A stretch of 64,000 bases of DNA from positions 2,624,001-2,688,000 of the forward strand of contig CBDBEV010000001.1 of assembly GCA_965204535.1 (NCBI GenBank), written 5' to 3'. Below the pieces are notes generated by a model. That model made no database searches, was not told the origin of the DNA, and saw only the letters and a program-made list of their open reading frames with translations. The first letter of the stretch is position 1, and every line of letters starts with the position of its first letter. A program made the position numbers and the translations under genes. This DNA comes from a bacterium (lineage in GTDB: Bacteria > UBA8248). This document shows, piece by piece, positions 44,017 to 53,675 of the stretch.

Positions 44017-44898
44017 TCAGTCTATCGGCTCGCCCTGCGTTCTTTCCATCTCCAGGATATCGGCGCGCAGCCTTGTCGTTACCGGGCCGGGGGCGGGAAT
44101 GGAGCGCCCGTCCACCTCGGCCACGGCGTGCACTCGGCTGAAAGAAGAGGTGAGAAAGCACTCATCCGCCGTGTAGAGATCGTAGAGCGTAAGGTCGGCT
44201 TCTTCCGCCGGAATCCCCTCGCGCTCCGCGATTTGGAGCACGACCTTCCGCGTGATGCCGTCGAGCACGTTATGCGCTTTCGGTGTCTTGAGCGCGCCGT
44301 CCTTCACGACGAAGACGTTCTCCCCCGGCGCCTCCGCGACGAAGCCGCGAATGTCGAGCAGAATCGCCTCGTCGAAGCCCGATTCCACGGCTTCGATTCT
44401 CGCCATCACGTTGTTAAGATAGTTGAGCGATTTCACGCGCGCCTCGAACGATTCGGAAGGCACCTTGCGCACCCCCGCCGTCTTGAGCCGAAGGCCTGCG
44501 CCCTTCGCCTTGTAGCTCGAACCCGTCTCGGCGGGCGGGGCGGGGTCGTGCAGGAGCACGGCGAGCGTCGCTTTATCCGTCACTCTCGGGTCGAGCAGGG
44601 GATAGCCCGCGCCCCGTGATACCACGACGCGAAGATAGACGTCGTCCACGCCGGAGCGACGGACGCATTCCTTGACGACCTCGGCGATTCGCTCGCGCGA
44701 TTCGGGCAGTTCGAGCTTGAGCGCTCGCGCGGAGCGTTCCATGCGGTCGAGGTGTTCGGCGAACTTGAATATCCGCCGGTTCGTTACCGTCATGGACTCG
44801 AACAGGCCGTCCCCGTAGAGAAACCCGTGGTCGAAGGCGGAGACCCTGGCTTCTTCCGCTTTAACGTATTCGCCGTTCACATAGCAGGTATAGGACAC
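44017..44898 (-). CDS. ilvE: Class IV (branched-chain type) aminotransferase
   Basis: DHGFLYGDGLFE, HLDRM..SA, KSLNYLNN, EAPGENVF, LDGITR, ADECFL. Confidence 0.88.
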   Translation of the reverse strand: MSYTCYVNGEYVKAEEARVSAFDHGFLYGDGLFESMTVTNRRIFKFAEHLDRMERSARALKLELPESRERIAEVVKECVRRSGVDDVYLRVVVSRGAGYPLLDPRVTDKATLAVLLHDPAPPAETGSSYKAKGAGLRLKTAGVRKVPSESFEARVKSLNYLNNVMARIEAVESGFDEAILLDIRGFVAEAPGENVFVVKDGALKTPKAHNVLDGITRKVVLQIAEREGIPAEEADLTLYDLYTADECFLTSSFSRVHAVAEVDGRSIPAPGPVTTRLRADILEMERTQGEPID

Positions 44899-44901
44899 GC
44901 G

Positions 44902-45798
44902 CTATCCATCCCTTCTCAAGGTTTCCAGAATCGCGGCGGCGAAGGCTTCCGGCTTCTCGCGCTGCGCGAAGTGCCCGGCGCCTTCCACCAGAATCCTTTG
45001 ATAGCCGCCCGTGAAATGCCCCTCCTTGCCCTCGGAACTCTCGGGACGCGACGCCCCGTCCTCGGCGCCTTGCACGAGAACTGTCGGCACGGAGATGTCC
45101 GGCAGACCCGCCATGAAGCTCTCCGCGTCCTCATGTTTTGGGTCGGCCTCCTCATACCCCCACCGGTAGCGGTAGGAGTGCATGACGATATCCACGAAGT
45201 CGGGATTCTGAAATGAGCGCGCGGTGGCCTCGTATTCCGCGTCCGGGAAATCCCAGCCCGGCGACCACGTCCGCCAGAGTTCACGGCAGAAACCGGCGGC
45301 GTCTTCACTTAACGCATCGCGGCCTCTACTGGTGCAGAAGAACCACTGGTACCAGTACGCGCGCACCTGATCGACCGACATCCGCTGCTGGGGGCGTCCC
45401 GTCCCGTAGCCCGCGGGACTCACGACGAGCGCATTCAGCCGCGCAGGCCGCATGGCGGCTATGCAATAGGAAGCCCGCGCGCCCCAGTCGTGGCCCACCA
45501 GCGTGAAGCGCTCGAGTTCCAGCGCGTCGGCGAAGGCCGTGATGTCTGAAGCGATGGCCGTATATTGCGCGCTTCTGGGGGTTGCCGGATCGAGAAAGCG
45601 CGTCGGGCCGTAGCCGCGCACGTAGGGGCAAAGTGTCCTGAGATCTGCGTCGTTCAGGATGGGCGTGACGCGGTCCCACGTTCGCGCGTCGTCCGGGAAG
45701 CCGTGGACGAGAACCACGGGCGGCGCGGCTTCATCGCCCGCCTCCAGATAGCCGATTTCGAGCGCGGGGGTCTGAACCGATTTGAGCGCGCCTGGCAT
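44902..45798 (-). CDS. Alpha/beta hydrolase, epoxide-hydrolase-like
   Basis: HGFPD, VGHDWGA (Asp nucleophile), WYQWFF, GAGHF. Confidence 0.92.
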   Translation of the reverse strand: MPGALKSVQTPALEIGYLEAGDEAAPPVVLVHGFPDDARTWDRVTPILNDADLRTLCPYVRGYGPTRFLDPATPRSAQYTAIASDITAFADALELERFTLVGHDWGARASYCIAAMRPARLNALVVSPAGYGTGRPQQRMSVDQVRAYWYQWFFCTSRGRDALSEDAAGFCRELWRTWSPGWDFPDAEYEATARSFQNPDFVDIVMHSYRYRWGYEEADPKHEDAESFMAGLPDISVPTVLVQGAEDGASRPESSEGKEGHFTGGYQRILVEGAGHFAQREKPEAFAAAILETLRRDG

Positions 45799-45818
45799 GT
45801 CGGTCGTTCAGCCCGCGA

Positions 45819-46562
45819 TCAGATCGCGCACCAGCCGTCGTCGACGATGAGGTCTAAGCCGTGCACCGCGCTCGCGTCGTCTGACGCCAGGAACACCGCC
45901 GCGCCCGCCATCTCCGCCGTCGTGATGTAGGCCCGGCCCGTGGGCGTGTAGCTCGCCATGAGCTTCACGAACTCGGGGTCGTCTTGCAGGTGCTGGTTGA
46001 GCGGCGTGGCCGTGTTGCCCGGCGAGATGCAGTTCACGTTGATGCCGCACTTCGATATCTCCGCCGCCAGCGCGCGCGTGATCATGTAGACCCCGCCCTT
46101 GCTCGCGCAGTAGGGCACCGCGTTGGGAAAGGCGTGCGTGGCGGCGATGGAGGCCATGAAGATGATCTTCCCGTAGCTCTTCTCCTTCATGATGGGCACG
46201 ATGGCCTGCGAGAGCAGGAAGTTGCCCTTGAGATTAATGTCGATGATGTCGTCCCACTCCTGCTCGGAATAGGCCTCGAGTTCCTTGTTGATCATGATGC
46301 CGTGGTTGCCGACGAGGATGTCCACCGTGCCGAACGCGCTCACCACGTCGGCCACCATGGCGTCCACCGCCGACTTCTTCGATACGTCGCACGGAAACGC
46401 GCGGGCCGCATCGCCGATCTCGGCGGCGAGCGCCTCTCCCGTTTCCGCCGTGCGGTTCACGACCGCGACCTTCGCGCCCTCTTCCGCGAAGCGGCGGCAG
46501 ATGGCCTCCCCGATTCCCTGCGAGCCGCCCGTGACGATGGCGACCTTGTCTTGTAGCTTCAT
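45819..46562 (-). CDS. Short-chain dehydrogenase/reductase
   Basis: TGGSQGIG, YCASK, VNCISPG, VDDGW. Confidence 0.95.
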   Translation of the reverse strand: MKLQDKVAIVTGGSQGIGEAICRRFAEEGAKVAVVNRTAETGEALAAEIGDAARAFPCDVSKKSAVDAMVADVVSAFGTVDILVGNHGIMINKELEAYSEQEWDDIIDINLKGNFLLSQAIVPIMKEKSYGKIIFMASIAATHAFPNAVPYCASKGGVYMITRALAAEISKCGINVNCISPGNTATPLNQHLQDDPEFVKLMASYTPTGRAYITTAEMAGAAVFLASDDASAVHGLDLIVDDGWCAI

Positions 46563-46704
46563 GGGTGTTTCCTCCCTGCGGCGCTCCCGGGCGGCCCCGA
46601 AAGCGAAAAGTCCCCGGTAAAAGATTGCGTCTCGATTTTTGCGGGCATGATACCGCCCTTTGGTTCAAGGGGGAAGGGGAGGGGCATGGTTCCGGTGAGC
46701 GCCT

Positions 46705-46982
46705 GTAGGGGGCGCATATATGCGCCACGTGGTTTGGACGGCAAAAACGAAGGGACGCATGGTATGCGTGGGACGGCCCCGAGGAGGGGTTCGTCCCCTA
46801 CGGTGATATTGCAAGAATTCGTAGGGGCGGACCCGTGTGTCCGCCCGAATGATACGGGAAATCTTCTTGGATCGGTTGTAGGGAGAGGTCGCGACCTGTC
46901 CCTATGGGGCTGGAGGGATCAATCCTGCCCGTCATTCCGGTGTCAGACCCGACCAAGGCGGGAGGGTTTGACGGAATCCAGA
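46705..46982. repeat. Mosaic REP cluster left of the low-GC cassette
   Basis: GTAGGGGGCGCATATATGCGCC 46705; ...CCCCTAC 46770-46801; GTAGGGGCGGACCCGTGTGTCCGCCC 46821; family A 46878; CCGTCATTCCGG..CGGAATCCAG 46929-46981. Confidence 0.9.
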
Positions 46983-47254
46983 GCAGAGTGGGTGGGCGAA
47001 TGCGTGGTCTTGGCGTCCCATTTTGATTCCCGAAAATGTCCCCAAAGCGGCGAGTTAATGCTGACTTTGAGGGCTATCAAGTAGATTGTCCACTGAAACG
47101 ACCTTATTGGATACATTTATTGGCATTAAAACCATATAAAATCCCTAATAAAAGATATAATAACATCAATATAAGGGCTTAATAGCTCTGTTATATGGGT
47201 ATATATTGAATGTTAGAAGTAAGGACGCAACCATTTACAAATTAGGAGTTCATC

Positions 47255-48208
47255 ATGCGAATAAACCCGGAAACCTTAAAGAAGTTGCGAAAAAGCAAAG
47301 GATTCAGCCAACAGACGTTAGCGGACGAATCGGGCGTTACAAAAAAGACCATTGCGCGTATTGAAGGCGGAAAAGGAGGAGAAACGCGTGGTTCAACCAT
47401 GCGGGATCTCGCCAAAACCTTGCGTGTCAACCTCGAAGTTTTGACTCAGGAGCCTGATTCTGAAGCAGTACATGATGAAGAAGTCCGAAAAAAATATGGG
47501 TGGGGTGTTTTGAAACTTAGGCTACGCTTCGATGGCCATGATATAATTGCCTATGATCTTATTCAGGATCGCTACGGCGTTGGGATGTACGATCTGATCA
47601 AGGTTGCCCCCCTACTGTTCACAATTTTGTCTGAGCGGTCTCTCGCCGAACGCCGCCGCCGTCTTGAGCAAGCGGAAGCAGCATTAGAAAATTTTCCTGA
47701 ACATCTTATACCGCGCAGTTGGCTGGCGCTCGACGCAGAGAGAGCATCTATCGCCGAGAGAGATATTTTTGTGCGCTCCATAGACGAGCATGAGGTCAAC
47801 GATAGTTATTACGGGGACAACCGCAACCCATTTAACGACTTCTTGATCGAACAGGCGAAGAGTTTGGAGCCTGACAATGACGCAATCGATGCCGATGATA
47901 TCCATAATCTCGGCAATTTCGACGATTTGCCGAGTTTCAATCTTTTCGAGTCATACCGGAAAAAAATTACTGGTGGTTCTCGCCGCGCCGACTACGCTTT
48001 GTCTCGTGGCTATGTTCGCATTAGCGAAATTCCGGAAGAACTTCGCGGAGAGGATGAAAGTGTTACTGCCGAGCGCGTGAAGCGGTTGGAGTCGAAGGTC
48101 AAGGATGAGGAGTGGATCGAGTATGAAGAGCGGATGCGGCCACTAAGAGAAGCGGCCGCCAAAGTTATCGATAAATCGTTGAACGAAGGAGATACGGAAA
48201 ATGCCTAA
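47255..48208 (+). CDS. XRE-family HTH protein with large unknown C-terminal domain
   Basis: LKKLRKSKGFSQQTLADESGVTKKTIARIEGG; AGGAG RBS; lower GC than the host genes. Confidence 0.85.
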   Translation: MRINPETLKKLRKSKGFSQQTLADESGVTKKTIARIEGGKGGETRGSTMRDLAKTLRVNLEVLTQEPDSEAVHDEEVRKKYGWGVLKLRLRFDGHDIIAYDLIQDRYGVGMYDLIKVAPLLFTILSERSLAERRRRLEQAEAALENFPEHLIPRSWLALDAERASIAERDIFVRSIDEHEVNDSYYGDNRNPFNDFLIEQAKSLEPDNDAIDADDIHNLGNFDDLPSFNLFESYRKKITGGSRRADYALSRGYVRISEIPEELRGEDESVTAERVKRLESKVKDEEWIEYEERMRPLREAAAKVIDKSLNEGDTENA

Positions 48209-48560
48209 TTACAAAATCACACCTCACGCCGAGGTGCGCATGAGTCAGCGAGGAGTTCGGTACGAAGACGCAGTAGAGGTGCTGACATGCGGGACGCAGA
48301 GCGGCCCCGTCGAGTGGTTTATGCGAGATTCAGATGTGAAACGTGAGGTGGAAAATCTGAAACGCACGACCCGATGGATTGAGCGTACAGTGAAGGGCGG
48401 GAAGCAACGGCTCGAACGCGCTATTAAGCGAAGGATCCAGTGGCTGGAACGGCTGAGGGGTCTCAAGGTCGTGGTTGATGGCGACACGGTGATTACCAGC
48501 TATTGGCCGAGTGTGGCGCGTCAGCGGCGGGCGCGCCGTAGAACCAGGCCCAGGCGATGA
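48201..48560 (+). CDS. DUF4258-like small basic protein (candidate toxin)
   Basis: TPHAEVRMSQRGV...V...G and KVVVDGDTVITSY; 8-bp overlap with the upstream gene. Confidence 0.7.
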   Translation: MPNYKITPHAEVRMSQRGVRYEDAVEVLTCGTQSGPVEWFMRDSDVKREVENLKRTTRWIERTVKGGKQRLERAIKRRIQWLERLRGLKVVVDGDTVITSYWPSVARQRRARRRTRPRR

Positions 48561-48567
48561 AATTTGC

Positions 48568-48854
48568 CGTCATTCCGGCGCACGCCGGAATCCAGGGCGG
48601 ACGGGAATGGAGGAAAAATGTGGATGCGGCGATCCGGTGCGGGTGGCGGGATACCCAAAATCCTAGGTTCTCTTATCGGTTCTGGATTCCGGCCTTCGCC
48701 GGAATGACGAACACGCACGAAAAGCGGGCGGACACACGGGTCCGCCCCTACGGAAACCCTGAGAACCGAACGAACCCGTAGCAGGACAACCCTTTGTGGT
48801 TGTCCTGCCCTCCGTGGTTGTCCTTTTTCAGGACAGGTCGCGACCTGTCCCTAC
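48568..48854. repeat. Mosaic REP cluster right of the low-GC cassette
   Basis: Inverted pair CGTCATTCCGGCGCACGCCGGAATCCAG (48568) / CTGGATTCCGGCCTTCGCCGGAATGACG (48682-48709); family B 48726; family C-like 48781; family A 48830-48854. Confidence 0.9.
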
Positions 48855-50653
48855 TTCTTGCTCAACCGCTTCCGTCTCCGCCTGGTCTTCGCCGTATCCA
48901 CCTCGCCCGCGTCGTCGACCGCGACGCCGTAGACCTTCCAGGCGCGCTCCTTGGTGATCCACTTCTCCTCCACGTCCTCGCGCACCTTCTCGACGGGCCG
49001 CTCGTGCGGCGGGCCGTAGCCGCCCCCGCCCGTGCAGTAGGAAGCCACGTTCTCGCCGGGTTTGAGAATGATGTCCGCGCAGGCGGGGAGATCCTCCAGA
49101 GAGCCGTCCTCGCGCATGAGGAAATTCTTGCACGCCGCTCCGTTCAGCCCTCCGAGCGTTCCCTTCGAGGCGTTTATCGCGCCGTCGGAGACGTAGACGA
49201 CCTCCAGGTCGCCGCCGCCCACGGGGCCGTATTCGCAATAGCCAGAAGGCGCGCCTATCGTCCGGCCTGCGCCCTCGGTGTCGGGCATGAGCCTGCGCGT
49301 CTTGATGTAGATGGGGAAGTGGAGCTCGTCCAGTTCGATGCTGTCCACGAAGCACATGCCGGCGTTGCCCGCGTGTAAAATCGTGAGCCAGGCGTCGGTC
49401 TTGCCCGCGCCCGCCCCGCCCGTGACCATCAGGAACAGGTGGTTCACGAAGGGTTCGTTGTCGTTCCTGGGGTCGAAGCCGGAGATGACGCCCATCGACG
49501 CCGGGAAAATCGGCCCGCATTCCGCCAGGCCGATGCCGTCCTGAATCTTCGAGAACGCGCGCTGCACGGGATTCGTCACGCGGTCGGCGAGGTTGGTGGT
49601 GGCGACGGACATCGAAGTGGGATGCTTGCCCCCGCCCGCGACCGAGCCGTCTCGGATGAGCACGTTGACCCGGCGGAAGCTGCCCGCGTTCGTGGGCACG
49701 ATGTCGTCGATGCTGTTGAACACGCCTATCATGGCGCCCGTGCGCGCGCAGGCCTCGCTCAGGTTCAGGCCGCAGGGCATGGCGTCGGGGTTGTCCCTCA
49801 AATCCACCTCGATGGTGGCCTTTTTATTGTCGATCCGCACGTGCGCGGTGATGGGGATGCCTTCCTCCGGCGTGCCGGGCACGGGGTCGTGCGTACTGTG
49901 GGCCGTGGCCTCGCCCGTGGGGAGTTTCTGGATGGCGGAGACCATGAGCTTCTCGCTGTAGTCGAACCACTCCTTCGAGAAGTCGTGCAGCGTCTCCCAG
50001 CCGTACTCGTCGCCCATGGCGAGCACCTCGCGCTCGCCGATTCTGGCCGCGCCGATCATCGCGAGATAGTCGCCGTACCACTGCTCGGGCACGCGGATGC
50101 GCATCCGGCAAAAGTTGATGAAGTCCTCGTTGTCCTCGTAGTTTGTCTGCACCTTGGTGGGCGGGAAGATGAGCGCGCCTTCTTCATAGACGTCGCGCGC
50201 GTGGCCCATGTAGGTGGTGGGCTGGCTGCAACCGCAGTCCGCCTGGTGGGCTTTCACCCACACGGTGAACTGGTGCTCGCCCCGCTTGTCGATGACGGGC
50301 ACGAGGATGGTGTGGTCCGCCGGGTGCGAGCAGCCGTGGTAGGGCGAGTTGTGCAGATAGGCGTCGCCGCGCTTGAGGTCGGGGTGTAAGTCCATCATCG
50401 AGCGGGCCATCAGGTCCGCCCCGCTCAGGTGGTGGATGGGGAGCGATTCCGCGCCCGTTAAGAGTTCGCACTCGCGCGTTACGACGGAGGTCGAGAAATC
50501 GCGCGCCAGGTTCAGCACGCCCGAGCGGCCCGTGCGCAACAGCGTGTTCGCCATCTTGGTCGTCACGGCGTCGAAGCGCTTGTGCAGCACGGCCAGGGTG
50601 ATGGGGTCGAGTTTCGTCTTTCGCTTCGCGCGTCTGGTTGTTGCTCTCGCCAT
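48851..50653 (-). CDS. Hydantoinase B / oxoprolinase family subunit
   Basis: LDPITLAV, ARDFS, HNSPYHGCSHPAD, KAHQAD, EGAGR..G, TGGGGYGPP. Confidence 0.95.
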   Translation of the reverse strand: MARATTRRAKRKTKLDPITLAVLHKRFDAVTTKMANTLLRTGRSGVLNLARDFSTSVVTRECELLTGAESLPIHHLSGADLMARSMMDLHPDLKRGDAYLHNSPYHGCSHPADHTILVPVIDKRGEHQFTVWVKAHQADCGCSQPTTYMGHARDVYEEGALIFPPTKVQTNYEDNEDFINFCRMRIRVPEQWYGDYLAMIGAARIGEREVLAMGDEYGWETLHDFSKEWFDYSEKLMVSAIQKLPTGEATAHSTHDPVPGTPEEGIPITAHVRIDNKKATIEVDLRDNPDAMPCGLNLSEACARTGAMIGVFNSIDDIVPTNAGSFRRVNVLIRDGSVAGGGKHPTSMSVATTNLADRVTNPVQRAFSKIQDGIGLAECGPIFPASMGVISGFDPRNDNEPFVNHLFLMVTGGAGAGKTDAWLTILHAGNAGMCFVDSIELDELHFPIYIKTRRLMPDTEGAGRTIGAPSGYCEYGPVGGGDLEVVYVSDGAINASKGTLGGLNGAACKNFLMREDGSLEDLPACADIILKPGENVASYCTGGGGYGPPHERPVEKVREDVEEKWITKERAWKVYGVAVDDAGEVDTAKTRRRRKRLSKK

Positions 50654-50657
50654 ATCC

Positions 50658-52730
50658 TTACTCCTGGAGCGTGATGAAGAGGCTTCCGCTTCTCGTGCGC
50701 TCGGCCCTGGCGCCGGGGTCGATGACCACCGTCGTGAACGGCGACTCGATGATGGCGGGACCTCGCATCGCCTCACCCGGCTTCATGGAATCGAACGCCG
50801 CCACGCGGGCGTTCACGAGTCCCTTACCCGCGAAGTAGGCTTCGCGCCGCTTGGGGAGCGTCGTCTCGTGGATCGCCTCGCGCACGAGCCTGCCGAAGCG
50901 GCCCTTTCTCAGCTTGCACCGCGCCACGGCGCGCCAGCCGACGAACTCGACCTCGGAGGACGGATCGCGGAAGGCGAACACCTCTTCGTGCACCTCGTCG
51001 AACGCCGCCCGCGTGCGCGCCACGTCTTTTTTCGAGCGGAAGCGGTTCATGGGCAGCCCCAGATCGATCTCCCATATCTGGTGCTTGTAGCGCGCCTCGA
51101 CGTAGAACTCCGTCGCGCTCTCGACCGCCCCCTTGCCGGGACCCCTGATGAACGCGCGGCACCTGTCGCCGAGCGATTTCAGCGTCGCGTTCGCCCCCTT
51201 GAAGTCGAAGCGGTCCGTGATGGTGAAGAACATCGAGCGGTAATCGGCGTGCAAGTCGCTCATCATCGCGCCCGCGGCGGAGAGCGCCGCGCCGACTTCG
51301 GGGATCACGAGTCCCTGGCAGCCCAGCCGCTTGGCGATGGCGACCGAGTTCAAGCCCGCCGCGCCGCCTCCGCCTATCAAGACCGCGCCCCTGGGGTCGA
51401 TGCCCTGGTGGATGGTGATCTCCTCGATCGCGCCCACCATGTTCTCCGTCGCGAGGCGCAGGATGGCCGAGGCCGCCTCCTGGAGAGAAAGCCCCAGCGG
51501 TTCGGCCACGTCTTTCGAGATGGCCTTCTCGGCTTCGGAAGTGTTGAGCGTCATCGCGCCGCCGAGGAAATAGTCCGGGTCGATGTGGCCGAGGACCAAA
51601 GATGCGTCCGTGAGCGTGGGGCGCGTTCCGCCCCGGCCGTAGCAGGCGGGTCCGGGTTCCGCGCCCGCGCTCTGGGGGCCGACGTGTAAGAGTCCGCCCT
51701 CGTCCACCCAGGCGATGCTCCCCCCGCCCGCGCCGATGCTCTTCACGTCCACCGAGGGGAAGCCCAGTATGTGGCCCCGGTAGCGCTGGCCGAGCCAGGT
51801 TTCGGGCGACATGGGTATCTCGCCCCGGCGCACGAGGCTCACGTCGTAGGTGGTGCCGCCGGTGTCGGCCACGATCGCCGTCGCGGCCTTCGCGTCGGCG
51901 CGCGAGAAGTGCCTGCCCGCGATGGGCGCCATTGAAGGCCCCGAACCCACCGAGTGGATTGGCGCATCAGCCAGTTCGCCCGCGTCCATCACGCCGCCCT
52001 TCGAGGTGAGCATCAGGAGCCGCCCGGCGAAGCCTGCCGCCTTGAGGCGCTCCTGCAGCCCGCCGATGTAGCGCGACATGAGGGGTTTGAGAGACGCGTC
52101 GATGCAGGTGGAAGACGCCCGGCGGTATTCACGGAGAATCGGGTTGAGGACGTGGGAGAGGGTGTAAGGCACGCCCTTCAAGTGTTTTTTAAGGAGCTTG
52201 CCCACGCCGATCTCATGTTCCGGGTTCACGGTGGACCACAAGAGGGAGACGGCCACCGCCTCCACCCCTTTTTCTTTCAACTCCTCGATGATGGCGACCA
52301 CGCCCGCCTCGTCGAGCGGCTCGTACACGCTGCCGTCGGCGCCGATGCGCTCGGGCACCTCGTAGGTGAGCGCGCGCGGGATGTAGGGCTTGGGAAACGG
52401 CACCAGGAAGTTGAACGGCTCCATGCGCCCCCCCTCGCGCAGCACGAGGATGTCGGGGTGGCCCTTCGTGGTGAGGAAGGCGGTCTTCGCGGTGTTTCCC
52501 GTCACGATGGCGTTGGTGGCATGGGTGGTGCCGTGGATGAAGAGTTCGCCCTGGGCGAGGAGTTCTTCGGTGCTGGTCGAGAGCGCAACGGCTGCAGACT
52601 CGATGGCCGCGAGAATGCCCTCCACCGGGTCCTGGGGCGTCGTGGGGGCCTTGAACATGTGGAGGCGGCCCCGGTTGTCTTCCAGCACCAGGTCGGTGAA
52701 GGTCCCGCCCGTATCGACCGCGAATCGCAT
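50658..52730 (-). CDS. Hydantoinase A / oxoprolinase family subunit
   Basis: VDTGGTFTD, HGTTHATNA, SGPS, DTGGTTYDV, IGAGGGSIA, GPQSAGAEPGPACY. Confidence 0.96.
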   Translation of the reverse strand: MRFAVDTGGTFTDLVLEDNRGRLHMFKAPTTPQDPVEGILAAIESAAVALSTSTEELLAQGELFIHGTTHATNAIVTGNTAKTAFLTTKGHPDILVLREGGRMEPFNFLVPFPKPYIPRALTYEVPERIGADGSVYEPLDEAGVVAIIEELKEKGVEAVAVSLLWSTVNPEHEIGVGKLLKKHLKGVPYTLSHVLNPILREYRRASSTCIDASLKPLMSRYIGGLQERLKAAGFAGRLLMLTSKGGVMDAGELADAPIHSVGSGPSMAPIAGRHFSRADAKAATAIVADTGGTTYDVSLVRRGEIPMSPETWLGQRYRGHILGFPSVDVKSIGAGGGSIAWVDEGGLLHVGPQSAGAEPGPACYGRGGTRPTLTDASLVLGHIDPDYFLGGAMTLNTSEAEKAISKDVAEPLGLSLQEAASAILRLATENMVGAIEEITIHQGIDPRGAVLIGGGGAAGLNSVAIAKRLGCQGLVIPEVGAALSAAGAMMSDLHADYRSMFFTITDRFDFKGANATLKSLGDRCRAFIRGPGKGAVESATEFYVEARYKHQIWEIDLGLPMNRFRSKKDVARTRAAFDEVHEEVFAFRDPSSEVEFVGWRAVARCKLRKGRFGRLVREAIHETTLPKRREAYFAGKGLVNARVAAFDSMKPGEAMRGPAIIESPFTTVVIDPGARAERTRSGSLFITLQE

Positions 52731-52873
52731 TTCCCGCCTCCCGCGCTCATCCGCGCTCTGACCCTTGCGGATGAGGTTGAACTATCGCTATCTGCGAATG
52801 GATGATGAATTCAGGCGCAATATATCATTCCCTGGGCGGTGGGATGCAAGGAGGCCGCAGGTGAAAATTCGCG

Positions 52874-53554
52874 TCACGCGTCGCGCACGTGCGCGTAGTA
52901 CCGGGCGAGGCGTTCGGCGGAGACGCCCAGGGCGAAGAGGATGCTCAGCCCCCACCAGATGACGAGGCACTTGGGTTTGCCCCATACGTCGATGCGCCGC
53001 CCGCTGGTGACTACGGGCGTCTCGATGACGGCCACCCGACCGAAAGCTCGCATTCTGCGGCTCAGGTCCCAGTCTTCGAACAGGGGCATGTCGGCGTAGC
53101 CGCCCATGCGCTCGAAGGCCTCGCGCCGGATGAAGATGCACTGGTCGCCGAGGAAGCGTTTCGCGATTTTCGCGCGCATGTTGGCGCTGAAGCTGATAAA
53201 GCGGCTGAAGCTATCCTCGCGATCGAAGCTGTGGAGAAAGCCCCCGCCCGCCACGTCGCCTGCACACATGACGTCCTCGATTTCCCGCAACGCCCCCGGC
53301 GGCAGCTTGGTGTCGCAGTGAAGAAACAGGATCGTCTCGCCTTGGGTGTGAGTGGCGCCCGCGTTCATCTGGCGCGCGCGTCCCGGTTCCGATTCGACGA
53401 TCAGGGCGCGCCCGTCCGCCGCGGCGCGCGTGTCGTCCGCGCTGCCCCCATCGGCGAGGATGATCTGCTTTTCCCCCGGCTGGGCGTCGAGCATGTCGAA
53501 CATGGCGGACAGCCTGGGCGCTTCGTTCAGCACGGGCACGACGATGGAGATCAT
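52874..53554 (-). CDS. GT2 glycosyltransferase, TIGR04283-like
   Basis: SIVVPVLNEA, DGGSAD, GRARQMNAGA, LFLHCD, GDQCIF, LFEDW, TSGRR. Confidence 0.88.
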   Translation of the reverse strand: MISIVVPVLNEAPRLSAMFDMLDAQPGEKQIILADGGSADDTRAAADGRALIVESEPGRARQMNAGATHTQGETILFLHCDTKLPPGALREIEDVMCAGDVAGGGFLHSFDREDSFSRFISFSANMRAKIAKRFLGDQCIFIRREAFERMGGYADMPLFEDWDLSRRMRAFGRVAVIETPVVTSGRRIDVWGKPKCLVIWWGLSILFALGVSAERLARYYAHVRDA

Positions 53555-53675
53555 CGCAGAATCCCTCTCTGGAACCGGCATGACTCTAAAAAGTCCCGGG
53601 GCGATACATTCCCCGGGCTGTGCTATGATGCCCCATGCGAAGCCATCCGATGAACCCTAACCATTGGAACGGCCC

